This document shows, piece by piece, positions 37,568-45,475 of a stretch of 51,203 nucleotides of DNA. The stretch covers positions 1-51,203 of IMG/VR virus record IMGVR_UViG_3300021079_000011. The stretch is one strand, 5' to 3'. The number at the start of each line of letters is the position of its first letter. Positions within the stretch are counted from its first letter, which is position 1. The notes beneath the pieces were generated by a model. The model was not told the DNA's origin. It made no database searches and was given only the letters and a program-made list of their open reading frames with translations. The DNA is from a virus. Taxonomy: Duplodnaviria > Caudoviricetes. The translations under genes and the position numbers were made by a program.

Positions 37568-37921
37568 ATGATACTCGAAAAAATTCAAGAACTCTGGCCG
37601 GTGCTTAACGGTTCGCACGGACTGTTTCCGGCATTGCTTGGCTGGCGCGGCTTTATTGGTGTTGCCGTTCCGCTGTTCAACACATGGTTGCAGATGAAGT
37701 TCACTGAACTTTTGAAAGCTAGCCCGACCATTGCTAACGACATCGTGAAACAGTCTTGGTATAAGACGATTTCTCTATTTTTACGAATGGTTGCCGGAAT
37801 CATGTTGCCAACAGAAGCGTCCATGTTGTTGCATCAGGTCAATGAGAACATCAAGAACGACAGCAACCCTGTGGCGTTCAAAAAATCAGTGGTAGATACG
37901 ACAAACCCGAAAGGCGAATAA
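37568..37921 (+). CDS. membrane protein, possible holin/antiholin
   Basis: Two moderately hydrophobic segments; lysis-module position. Confidence 0.4.
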   Translation: MILEKIQELWPVLNGSHGLFPALLGWRGFIGVAVPLFNTWLQMKFTELLKASPTIANDIVKQSWYKTISLFLRMVAGIMLPTEASMLLHQVNENIKNDSNPVAFKKSVVDTTNPKGE

Positions 37922-37922
37922 A

Positions 37923-38228
37923 ATGAAAACACTCATTCTCATGGCGGTATTAACCCTGACGGGTTGCGCCTCGTTCAACACAACCCAGACAGACATGACC
38001 TATGAAAAAGGACAACCCCTCAGGCAGATTACCACGCAAGCCAAGAGCAGGACGTTCTTCGATTCTCGCTCCTCGCTCGCCTCGTTCAAGGCGACTCAAA
38101 CGGACAAGTCCCAAACCGCCAGCGTAGGCAGTCTGAATCAGGATGCCAGCGGAACGAACGCAGTTGACCTTGTGACAAAAATCACCGGGGCTGTGGTGAA
38201 CGCCGCGATTAAGGCCGCTGCGCCATAA
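37923..38228 (+). CDS. lipoprotein, possible spanin
   Basis: MKTLILMAVLTLTGC lipobox; hydrophobic C-terminal helix. Confidence 0.65.
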   Translation: MKTLILMAVLTLTGCASFNTTQTDMTYEKGQPLRQITTQAKSRTFFDSRSSLASFKATQTDKSQTASVGSLNQDASGTNAVDLVTKITGAVVNAAIKAAAP

Positions 38229-38559
38229 ACCAGCGCACATTCTTTTTTAGGTTGGCGTTTCCTTGTTGGTCGGAGGATTCAGGGCAGTATCGGTCACAGA
38301 GCGATTCAATGTAATCGTTCGTCGCACCAAAACTTTGCCATCTTTGGTAATGGTTTCTACAAGTCTGGTAGCAGAGTTGTCTTGCTTTTTTACGGCTAAG
38401 CTTACGATGGCCGATACGGATGCCGTAGGGATAGGCCGCTTTGATTCCCCCTTCAGCCCTGTCAATCGAATCAACCAGCCTGTCGTAATCCGGGGGAATT
38501 TCATTAGTTATCGGGCTGGCCGCACAGGTAAGGGCAACAAATAGAAACAATGATTTCAT
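38209..38559 (-). CDS. secreted lysozyme-fold endolysin candidate
   Basis: Signal-like N-terminus, AEGG...PYGI catalytic-like motif, RYCP...KKNV C-terminal motif. Confidence 0.55.
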   Translation of the reverse strand: MKSLFLFVALTCAASPITNEIPPDYDRLVDSIDRAEGGIKAAYPYGIRIGHRKLSRKKARQLCYQTCRNHYQRWQSFGATNDYIESLCDRYCPESSDQQGNANLKKNVRWFMAQRP

Positions 38560-38936
38560 TTCATTGCAGCCCGGAACTCTTCAAGGCTGTGGACAAGCGC
38601 ATAGTTTTGGTTTAGGTGCAGCAACATAACCCTGACTGCGGCCTGTTCAAGTGTAAGCTTTTGGCCGGGACGCTTGACCTCAACCCACCACACAACGCCA
38701 CCAGACCTTGCAATAATGAAGTCCGTGACACCAAGAGCCGTTGTTGTCGGCGCATCAGTCCTGCTGTGGACATAATACCAGCCCCGAGCCTTGCACTCGT
38801 CAATTATCTCGCCGTGAATATCCTTCTCCCTTGCGGCAACCTTGGATGGCGGCTTGGACACGCTCGGGAACAGGTGCGGGTTCAGCTTCATCACGGATGC
38901 AGACATGATTCCAGATGTCAGAGATTCCGGCTTCAT
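38556..38936 (-). CDS. VRR-NUC domain nuclease
   Basis: EKDI, GVTDFII, WVEVKRPG.KLT.EQ, VHSLEE. Confidence 0.85.
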   Translation of the reverse strand: MKPESLTSGIMSASVMKLNPHLFPSVSKPPSKVAAREKDIHGEIIDECKARGWYYVHSRTDAPTTTALGVTDFIIARSGGVVWWVEVKRPGQKLTLEQAAVRVMLLHLNQNYALVHSLEEFRAAMK

Positions 38937-38993
38937 AAACACACCAGCCAAGTTTCGTCAACAAGTAATTTCATTTCGGTGTAAATAAATACT

Positions 38994-39021
38994 TTGACAT
39001 TATTGCGCCATGTTGTAATTT
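38994..39021 (+). promoter_or_regulatory. sigma70-type promoter
   Basis: AT-rich UP region, TTGACA, 16 bp, TAATTT; ATG follows 10 nt later. Confidence 0.6.
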
Positions 39022-39031
39022 CGTCAGCGTA

Positions 39032-39277
39032 ATGACATTTCAAATCCCAACAAAAACAGTCCTAGTAATTGACCAAGAAAAAACATCATGTCTGGTCAAG
39101 TCCTTGATTTCATCCAAGAACCTTACACAAAAAGCCGTAGCCAAACAAGCCAAGACCTGTCCTGTCAGGTTGTGCCGACTTTTGAGCCTCAAGCCAGTCC
39201 AGCGCGAGGCGGCTTGGGATGTGAAACTGTTTTCTGCCGTTGTCAAAGCCATCAACAAACTGGAATCCAAAGGTTAA
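39032..39277 (+). CDS. Cro/XRE-like HTH regulator
   Basis: NLTQKAVAKQAKTCPVRLCRLL; first gene of the rightward operon. Confidence 0.6.
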   Translation: MTFQIPTKTVLVIDQEKTSCLVKSLISSKNLTQKAVAKQAKTCPVRLCRLLSLKPVQREAAWDVKLFSAVVKAINKLESKG

Positions 39278-39280
39278 AAT

Positions 39281-40021
39281 ATGAGTTCAAAAGTTTTCAG
39301 CGGCGAAATTGCCGTCCCCCAAGCCCTCGAAATATCAAGCGATGCCTTGGCCAAGCGCGGCCAGCTTGTTTCTGGCAGCAAGGCGATTACATCCATACTG
39401 AGCGAAGAGACACAGATTTTGGCTGTTCAATCGGCCAGAGAGATTCGGTCTTGGGTCAAGGAAGTTGAAGAGACTCGGGTTGAGCTTACAAAGCCCCTGC
39501 TCGACCTGCAACGGCTCATTAAATCAACGGCAGACGGCTACTGTGCGCCACTGGTTGAGGAACAAAAGCGGGTTGAGAAGCTGGTGACGGTCTTTCAGGA
39601 GGCTGAGGCTGTTCGGGTGGCCAAGGAGGAGGCTGCTGCTGCCGAGTCGTTGCGAAAGAGCTTGGAAGCGCAACAGAAGGCGCAGGAGGCTGCCGATAAG
39701 GCTTTGGCCTCAGCCAAGACCGATGCCGGGTTGGAGAAGGCTATTGCGAAGGAAGACGCTGCTATTTTGGCGCAACAGAAGGTGCAGGAGCTTATTTCAG
39801 CCCCGTTACCTACTGTTGCGCGGTCAAAGGGTGCTGTGACGCGCAGGGTGCTGCGCTGGGAGGTCACGGACATAAACGCTCTGGTGAAGGCGCGGCCTGA
39901 ATTGTGCAAAATTGAGCCTAAAAACATGGCGATTCAGGCTTTGTGCGTCCCGGAAATGCCCAATCCCCCGCCGGGGCTTAAATTGTGGTGGGAAAATCAG
40001 ACAACAATACGCAGTTATTAA
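39281..40021 (+). CDS. coiled-coil phage protein (recombination-module associated)
   Basis: VEETRVELTKPLLD, A/E/K-rich coil, WEVTD..L, PGLK. Confidence 0.6.
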   Translation: MSSKVFSGEIAVPQALEISSDALAKRGQLVSGSKAITSILSEETQILAVQSAREIRSWVKEVEETRVELTKPLLDLQRLIKSTADGYCAPLVEEQKRVEKLVTVFQEAEAVRVAKEEAAAAESLRKSLEAQQKAQEAADKALASAKTDAGLEKAIAKEDAAILAQQKVQELISAPLPTVARSKGAVTRRVLRWEVTDINALVKARPELCKIEPKNMAIQALCVPEMPNPPPGLKLWWENQTTIRSY

Positions 40022-40043
40022 GCTGCAAACAGAAAGGTAAATC

Positions 40044-40451
40044 ATGCACGTTAGCGGATTAAAACAGTCCAAGTTCCTGACTCGGGCAGATGTTGGGAGC
40101 GGGGTTCTGGCGACCATTCAGGCTGTGTTCCAAGAGAATGTGGCCAAGGAAGGTGCGCCGGAAGAAATGAAGTGGTGCGTTGCGTTCGATGAATTGGAAA
40201 AGCCGATGGTCTTAAACTCGACGAACGGCCAGCTTATTGCGCAAATCACCAAGCAGGAAGACACGGACAACTGGAATGGCCATCAGGTTGTTCTTTATGA
40301 CGACCCGACAGTATCGTTCGGCGGCAAGCTCGTTGGCGGGATTCGGGTTCGGGCAAGCCGCGCTCCGAAAGCTGCTTCAGTGAAGCAGGGTGCGACCAAG
40401 CCCAAGCCGCAGGTTGAACCTGAGCCGGAAAACGACGATGCCCCGTTTTGA
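40044..40451 (+). CDS. single-stranded DNA-binding protein-like
   Basis: LNSTN, W.G..V.LY, FGGKLVGGIRV and acidic tail DDAPF. Confidence 0.65.
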   Translation: MHVSGLKQSKFLTRADVGSGVLATIQAVFQENVAKEGAPEEMKWCVAFDELEKPMVLNSTNGQLIAQITKQEDTDNWNGHQVVLYDDPTVSFGGKLVGGIRVRASRAPKAASVKQGATKPKPQVEPEPENDDAPF

Positions 40452-40812
40452 TTCCAGCCCGGTCAAGAAACCAACTGCTCAACCGCAGTTCAAGGTTCTC
40501 TGTGAATCTGACGAGTTCGCCCTGTGCTGCTCGGCTGAGACGGAGGACACTACGGTTGAGCGGTTCAACTGCCATATTGGGGTTGACGAAGGTTGGGTTC
40601 TGTATGAAACAACGCCATGCCCTATTTCCGAAACCCACAAGCACCACCTCTTTATGCGACCCGGAAAGTCGAAATAAAAAACAGTGAATTGCAGTCTTGG
40701 TGCGACAGAGAAAAAGCTGGTGAATTCAAGATAAACTCAATGGCTCTGGGCAAGAAGGGGTTCGGCTACATTTTGACTATAACATGGAAAAACAGCGACA
40801 TTTGAAAACTAT

Positions 40813-40943
40813 GAGCGGGTGGCGGAACGCAAAAACGCAAATGAAATCCGAAGGCGGCTTTGGAAACAAAGAAACTGCATCGGTGACTTATGTGGCTGCA
40901 AAGAATGTCCCACTTGCAGGTTCAAATCCTGCCCCGCTCGCCA
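40813..40943 (+). ncRNA. tRNA-like RNA (131 nt) lacking a normal anticodon arm
   Basis: Acceptor GAGCGGG/CCCGCTC + G + CCA; T-arm GCAGG-TTCAAAT-CCTGC; D-stem GCG/CGC; long structured insert between D and T arms. Confidence 0.75.
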
Positions 40944-40954
40944 CTGACTATTTT

Positions 40955-41042
40955 GCAAACCAGTATCAGCCTCGCGGCTGGCCGTTTCATGTTGCGGTTT
41001 CCTCTGGTTTGCCGACCAGCCCGAGACTCGTTCTTGGGCTGG
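40955..41042. ncRNA. three-way junction plus hairpin downstream of the tRNA-like RNA
   Basis: GCAAACCAG/CTGGTTTGC enclosing CAGCC/GGCTG and GCCG/CGGT; CCAGCCCGAGA/TCTTGGGCTGG. Confidence 0.45.
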
Positions 41043-41343
41043 GAAATTTCCAGTTGACAGATTAGATGGTATGAGACAAATTCAAATTGTTCGTAGCAGG
41101 TGTAGAAACCTTGCTGCTGATGAAAGAGTGGTCGAACGTGAGATTTTAGACCTTCCCGCTCTGGACGATGCCCGACTTGGGCTATCGGGCTTATCAGCAA
41201 AGCTTTTCTACCCAGAGCGGGATTTCCCCTTTCTACGAGCCGTGAAACGGCTTCATGCGATACAGATTGCCGGAACATGGTTGGCTCGCCCTTGGGCGAT
41301 GCTGGCGCGAGCGACACGCGAAGACGGCCTATTCCCGGTTGCG

Positions 41344-41398
41344 GAAAAAGTAAAACGTCAACCCAGCTTAACAGTCCGGGTTGTGGTTTTACTTTTTC
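41344..41398. repeat. long inverted repeat, candidate replication-origin element
   Basis: GAAAAAGTAAAAC/GTTTTACTTTTTC (13 bp perfect) plus inner CAACCC/GGGTTG. Confidence 0.65.
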
Positions 41399-41474
41399 TT
41401 GAACAGTTTTTCTCCCTGCTGACTGGGGAGGGGTTTGGGGTGGGGTTTTTCTTGAGCTTGGTTTTTCCTTTTAC

Positions 41475-41648
41475 ATGAAACAAATCCCGTTCAAACAATT
41501 TATTTCACAGGAATCTGAACGGCTTGGGGTCTGCAAGCTGACAGTTCGCAGGATGATAAAGGCTGGTCACGGTTACAAGAAGGTCTGGTTTGAATACAAG
41601 CCGAGGCTGATACGGGTGAACAAGCGCGTGGTTTTTGTAAATTTATGA
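41475..41648 (+). CDS. small HTH (Xis/MerR-like) protein (57 aa, not in ORF track)
   Basis: ESERLGVCKLTVRRMIKAG; ATGA overlap with the next gene. Confidence 0.55.
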   Translation: MKQIPFKQFISQESERLGVCKLTVRRMIKAGHGYKKVWFEYKPRLIRVNKRVVFVNL

Positions 41649-41923
41649 GCACACCATCAAAACTAGCAATCGAAGTCGCGGAGAAATTATTTTGTGAAGA
41701 TAGATTTTTCACAAAGGTAGAGTTAGTGGTTGAACTCGTCGACTCCGCCATCATCACCGCCACCACAGATAAAGACTTGGAGATTGAGAAGTGGAAAGCC
41801 GTAGCGGGAGAGTTAGCGCAAAGCGTAGAACACATCGGCTACACTACCATTGGCGAAGTGATAATCATTCAAAAAGCAGGGCTAGCACTCACCCACTACC
41901 AAACCCTGAAAGGAACACCATGA
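41645..41923 (+). CDS. hypothetical protein
   Basis: Translationally coupled 92-aa ORF. Confidence 0.55.
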   Translation: MSTPSKLAIEVAEKLFCEDRFFTKVELVVELVDSAIITATTDKDLEIEKWKAVAGELAQSVEHIGYTTIGEVIIIQKAGLALTHYQTLKGTP

Positions 41924-41978
41924 CTACGATTGAAAAGTTAAAGAACCTTGCCTTCGCCGCCGCAGAAGCAGGGGAGAA

Positions 41979-42503
41979 ATGCTAGACATAAACAAAATCT
42001 TGAATCGTGCGGCTGAGATTTATGGCTCTCCGCTGACCAGACAGGCTGTTGCGGCCACAACTGCGATTGTCGAGGCCATCAACGGTGCTGGCGAACAGTC
42101 CCGGTCATGTCCTGAAGGCAGGATGAAAAGGCCGACACTTGGGCAGGTCAAGGAGCATGGCGCGAAGATAAGTCTGCCCGAGGCTGAGTGCGACAGGTTC
42201 TATGACCATTTTGAGTCAAACGGTTGGAAGGTTGGCACGGCCAAGACACCGATGAAGATTTGGACTTCGGCTTTGGCCAACTGGAAGCGGACTTGGCAGG
42301 AGCGGGTTGCTGGTGGCCAGAAACAAAACGGGGCTTGCACAGTTGTTTACGGCAAAGAGTATGAGAGGGTTATTGACAGGATGAAGGCCATCAAGGGCAA
42401 CTATTCCGGGCATCAAGCTTGGAGAGAGGAAGACAGGCTTGAATTTGGGGAATTGAAAACGCGCCGGGAAGAGTTGAAGGAATTGCTGGGCATAAAAATA
42501 TGA
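41979..42503 (+). CDS. protein with phage replication-initiator C-terminal-like domain
   Basis: RPTLGQV...FYDHFESNGWKVG...MKIW.SA..NW motif. Confidence 0.6.
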   Translation: MLDINKILNRAAEIYGSPLTRQAVAATTAIVEAINGAGEQSRSCPEGRMKRPTLGQVKEHGAKISLPEAECDRFYDHFESNGWKVGTAKTPMKIWTSALANWKRTWQERVAGGQKQNGACTVVYGKEYERVIDRMKAIKGNYSGHQAWREEDRLEFGELKTRREELKELLGIKI

Positions 42504-42691
42504 AAAAACTATTCAGCCAATGGTTGCGGTGCGATTTTTGCGGTGCGCTAATTCAAATCTGGGCTGGTGACAAACCGATGGAGCTTGACGACGAAAACAG
42601 GTCTAAGCTGGCCAAGAAAAAGGGCTGGGAATGGAACGGGCTGAGGCAGGAGTCAACGTGCAAAAAATGTTTGGAAACTGAAAAGCTATGA
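42500..42691 (+). CDS. small Zn-binding protein
   Basis: CDFCG...GW...CKKC. Confidence 0.65.
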   Translation: MKKLFSQWLRCDFCGALIQIWAGDKPMELDDENRSKLAKKKGWEWNGLRQESTCKKCLETEKL

Positions 42692-43044
42692 TTATTGATT
42701 ACGACGAAATTGCGCGGTTTCAAAAGCGTTTGCTGGAAGCATCTGAGCGGCTTGATTCCATGACGAACGGGGTTGCTCTAGCTCGGCAAGTTGTCGAATA
42801 CGACTCTGACAGGCGCAAGAAGGCTCTGGCAATGGAGGTCGCCCCGCTGATTGGAGAAATGTCGGCTGTGGCGGCTGAAGTTGTTGGTCGCGCAAGCCCC
42901 CGTTATGCTCGCGCAATGGGTGAGTTGGCCAAGCAATACGAATCTGCCCAGCGAGTTATGGCTGAGTGGGAAGCAGCCAAGATAGCATTTGAAGCTGCCC
43001 GGTCAGTCTTGTCTGTCGGCAAGGAAAGCATGAGGTTGACATGA
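42688..43044 (+). CDS. helical hypothetical protein
   Basis: ATGA coupling on both sides. Confidence 0.65.
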   Translation: MIIDYDEIARFQKRLLEASERLDSMTNGVALARQVVEYDSDRRKKALAMEVAPLIGEMSAVAAEVVGRASPRYARAMGELAKQYESAQRVMAEWEAAKIAFEAARSVLSVGKESMRLT

Positions 43045-43376
43045 AAATTTATGTGACTGGAAAGCTTGTCGGTGAAGTTGTTTCTGGCGAGTTCAGGAAA
43101 ACTGTTCGGGGCTCAATCCATTTCTTGCGTAAACCGCCAGCAATCGCTTTCGATGAAGAAAGCATACATCAAGCTGCCGGGGCTGGGGCGCGGGTTATCG
43201 TTGTCACCGACAAAGATACTTGCAAAGTTTACCGGGCGACGATGAAAGACTTGAAACAATACGGTGTTGAATTTGACCGGGGCTATGGTCAGCAGATATT
43301 CTTGCCATTCAATCGCTGGAACAGGCCGGAAGAAAATTTACACGAACAGGCCGATTTGTTTTGTGCTAACGTATGA
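43041..43376 (+). CDS. conserved phage hypothetical protein
   Basis: HFLRKPPAIAFD, DRGYGQQIFLP...W. Confidence 0.65.
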   Translation: MKIYVTGKLVGEVVSGEFRKTVRGSIHFLRKPPAIAFDEESIHQAAGAGARVIVVTDKDTCKVYRATMKDLKQYGVEFDRGYGQQIFLPFNRWNRPEENLHEQADLFCANV

Positions 43377-43486
43377 ACTCAGCCACCGCCGACCTAAAAC
43401 CGTCAACCGCGATAGCGGAACTGGATGTGCAGCCCTTCCCGCCAGTGCTCGATGCGTGCTGCGGTGGCCGCAGATTCTGGTTCAAA
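43364..43486 (-). mobile_element. degenerate attC-like site
   Basis: Minus strand AAC cagaa TCT(G)CGGCCACCGC ... GCGGTGGCTGAGT tcatac GTTAGCA; overlaps the methyltransferase 5' end. Confidence 0.4.
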
Positions 43487-43967
43487 CGTGATGACGCTCG
43501 CTCGCTCTTTGTGGACATTCGCAACGAAACAGACCAGATAGACCCGCGACCGGGAAGAAAGCCTCAAATCGTCGCTCCAGACTGGCAAGGCAGCTTCACC
43601 GCCATGCCGTTTCCAGACAACACTTTTGCCCATGTGGTATTCGACCCGCCGCACCGGACGACTCTGACAAGTGAATCAGACGCTAAGACGTGGCTGGTGC
43701 GCCAATACGGGAGGCTCGTCGGCGACTGGCGCGAGATGCTGCGCCTCGGATTCGCTGAATGCTTTCGGGTGCTCCGCCCCGAAGGGACGCTCATATTCAA
43801 GTGGTGCGAATACGATGTGGCCGTGTCGGAAGTGCTCGCACTGACCCCAGTGAAACCGCTTTACGGCCACCGGAGCGGGAAACAGAGCAACGACGCACTG
43901 GTGCGCGTTCTTGAAGCCTAACAAAAAGCTCACCGATGCCGGGCCTGACGCGCCCGGACTCGCGTGA
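43373..43967 (+). CDS. SAM-dependent (amino-type DNA) methyltransferase with an apparent frameshift near the 3' end
   Basis: LDACCGGRRFWF, VVFDPPH, ECFRVLRPEGTLIFKW; family tail THWCAFLK sits in another frame from about 43890 (track ORF stops at 43921). Confidence 0.75.
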
Positions 43968-44005
43968 GACGCAATCCCGGCATTCGGTGCAGCGTATGGT
44001 TGGAC
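43916..44005 (-). mobile_element. integron-type attC site (90 bp)
   Basis: Minus strand GTCCAAC catac GCT(G)CACCGA(A)TGCCGGG ... CCCGGCATCGGTGAGC ttttt GTTAGGC: RYYYAAC/GTTRRRY ends and two extrahelical bases. Confidence 0.8.
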
Positions 44006-44026
44006 GGCGAACAACGATAATCGAAT

Positions 44027-44299
44027 ATGAAAAAAGACTACGAAGTAAACGGTGATACAATCCGCGACCCGCACGGTGACGTGATGTGTGGAACGGATGA
44101 GTTTGTAGCGGAGATGCGTATGCTCCGAGAAACCCTCTACAACCTGTTCTGGAGAACGTCCCTGCTGCGGGCTGAAATGGCTCACCGATACGGAACGTCT
44201 CTGACGCTAATGGTGGAGTTCAGCAAGCACACGCAAGCCATGCGGGAAGCTGAATCAATCCTGAACGACAAACCGTTCCCAGCCCCGGAGGTCAAATGA
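44027..44299 (+). CDS. cassette-borne hypothetical protein
   Basis: Lies between two attC sites. Confidence 0.6.
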   Translation: MKKDYEVNGDTIRDPHGDVMCGTDEFVAEMRMLRETLYNLFWRTSLLRAEMAHRYGTSLTLMVEFSKHTQAMREAESILNDKPFPAPEVK

Positions 44300-44526
44300 C
44301 AGCATCAACAATCAAGCGCGGCGACATCCTCGAAACGCGGTCGGTGTCCCTGACAACCTGCGGCGCGGTGCGTGACAAGGGAATCATCGTGCCGGGAACT
44401 CGCGTCAAAGTCGTGCGTGCCGAAAAGCCCGCCTTCTACAAATGCGAAGTCCAGCCAGTCGAACGCGAAAACGGAGCGGTGTTCGTATGGCTGTGGGCGT
44501 CCGAACTGAAGCCGTCCAACAAATAG
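44296..44526 (+). CDS. cassette-borne SH3/KOW-like small protein
   Basis: IKRGDIL...PGTRVKVV...WLWASEL; stop codon lies inside the attC. Confidence 0.6.
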   Translation: MTASTIKRGDILETRSVSLTTCGAVRDKGIIVPGTRVKVVRAEKPAFYKCEVQPVERENGAVFVWLWASELKPSNK

Positions 44527-44565
44527 TTCACCGACGCGCAGCGTTCGGTGCAACGGCAGTTAGGC
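44514..44565 (-). mobile_element. integron-type attC site (52 bp, very short)
   Basis: Minus strand GCCTAAC tgcc GTT(G)CACCGA(A)CGC tgc GCGTCGGTGAAC tattt GTTGGAC. Confidence 0.75.
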
Positions 44566-44877
44566 GGGATTCTCTTCCTGTGGCTGGTTCAAAATACAGT
44601 CCGGGTTGTTACAGGTGAACTTGGGGCTGTTCGGATAAGCGTCCGAAACCATTTTTTTACCGCAATAATCGCACTCGTCCATGAACCTGACAGCAACCCG
44701 ACTGTCGCCGTGCAAATCGTAGCTGACAAAGAATTTCCTGATTGCGTCCCTCAACTCTTTCCTTGTGGCGATTCCATCAGTCAAGTCTGCGTCAAAATGA
44801 ATGACCGACTCGCTCGGTCTTATTCCAACTTCGGACTCGCCCGGGCTGGTGATGTAAACAGTGGTATTCATTTGCAA
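44560..44877 (-). CDS. Zn-ribbon hypothetical protein
   Basis: CDYCG...CNNPDC; its TAA is part of the attC GCCTAAC box. Confidence 0.65.
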   Translation of the reverse strand: MQMNTTVYITSPGESEVGIRPSESVIHFDADLTDGIATRKELRDAIRKFFVSYDLHGDSRVAVRFMDECDYCGKKMVSDAYPNSPKFTCNNPDCILNQPQEENPA

Positions 44878-45035
44878 AATGATTCAAACTTTTCCAAGAT
44901 TTGGGGGAAGGCGAGCTTCAATGTTTCAAGGTTTTCAGAGTCAGCAACCTGAGCTGCATTTGCAATCGCAACTTCAAAGCTGCCACCAAATCGTTTCATC
45001 ACGGTGATAATTTCGTCGTCAGTTGGTCTTTTCAT
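44868..45035 (-). CDS. small conserved phage protein
   Basis: MKRFGGSF..AIA.A...AD.EN...LK.AFP motif; start probably MKRPTDD. Confidence 0.6.
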   Translation of the reverse strand: MKRPTDDEIITVMKRFGGSFEVAIANAAQVADSENLETLKLAFPQILEKFESFCK

Positions 45036-45036
45036 A

Positions 45037-45306
45037 TCAATCACAGTCCCGGTCATTGTCCATGTTCGCCCCGGCAACAAGCAGCAACTCCTCAGCTTTC
45101 TCTAGCTCGTCTTCGGTCAGTTCAATATCTTCACCCACCACCCTAATATCGTCAATCTCGTCTGGCTCGGCAGGATAGCCCGGGTCGCCATTGCTCAGAT
45201 ACCAGACCGCATCATGGCCGGGATGGAACTCGGCTTGAACGACGATTTCTATTTCTTCATCGTCCCGGATGATGGTCATGTCGGCTTGGACAGTCCTAGT
45301 CTTCAT
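45037..45306 (-). CDS. acidic hypothetical protein
   Basis: GDPGYPAEPDEI; D/E-rich. Confidence 0.6.
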   Translation of the reverse strand: MKTRTVQADMTIIRDDEEIEIVVQAEFHPGHDAVWYLSNGDPGYPAEPDEIDDIRVVGEDIELTEDELEKAEELLLVAGANMDNDRDCD

Positions 45307-45475
45307 TGGATTTTGTGAGTTGAACAATAATGTCGTGTGCAGTCTTTTGTGTTCGCTGGTCTTTAACCCAAACTCGCCCTCTTGAATCCAGCACAGCCCA
45401 AAGATAGCCCCGGCCTGTCGGGTTCGGTGTTGAACTGAACCTGAATCCTTCGGGCAGTTTTAGTTCTGGTTTCAT
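45296..45475 (-). CDS. hypothetical protein
   Basis: MKPELKLPEG start adjoining the upstream stop. Confidence 0.5.
   Translation of the reverse strand: MKPELKLPEGFRFSSTPNPTGRGYLWAVLDSRGRVWVKDQRTQKTAHDIIVQLTKSNED

Noticed and set aside
40813-40943. Standard tRNA, tmRNA or attP remnant
   Set aside because: No anticodon loop; too short for tmRNA and no G3-U70 pair; both halves of the acceptor stem are intact and there is no integrase, which argues against an att fragment
40784-41065. 93-aa ORF in the track
   Set aside because: It overlies the tRNA-like and hairpin elements; the AGSNPA peptide is just the translated T-arm
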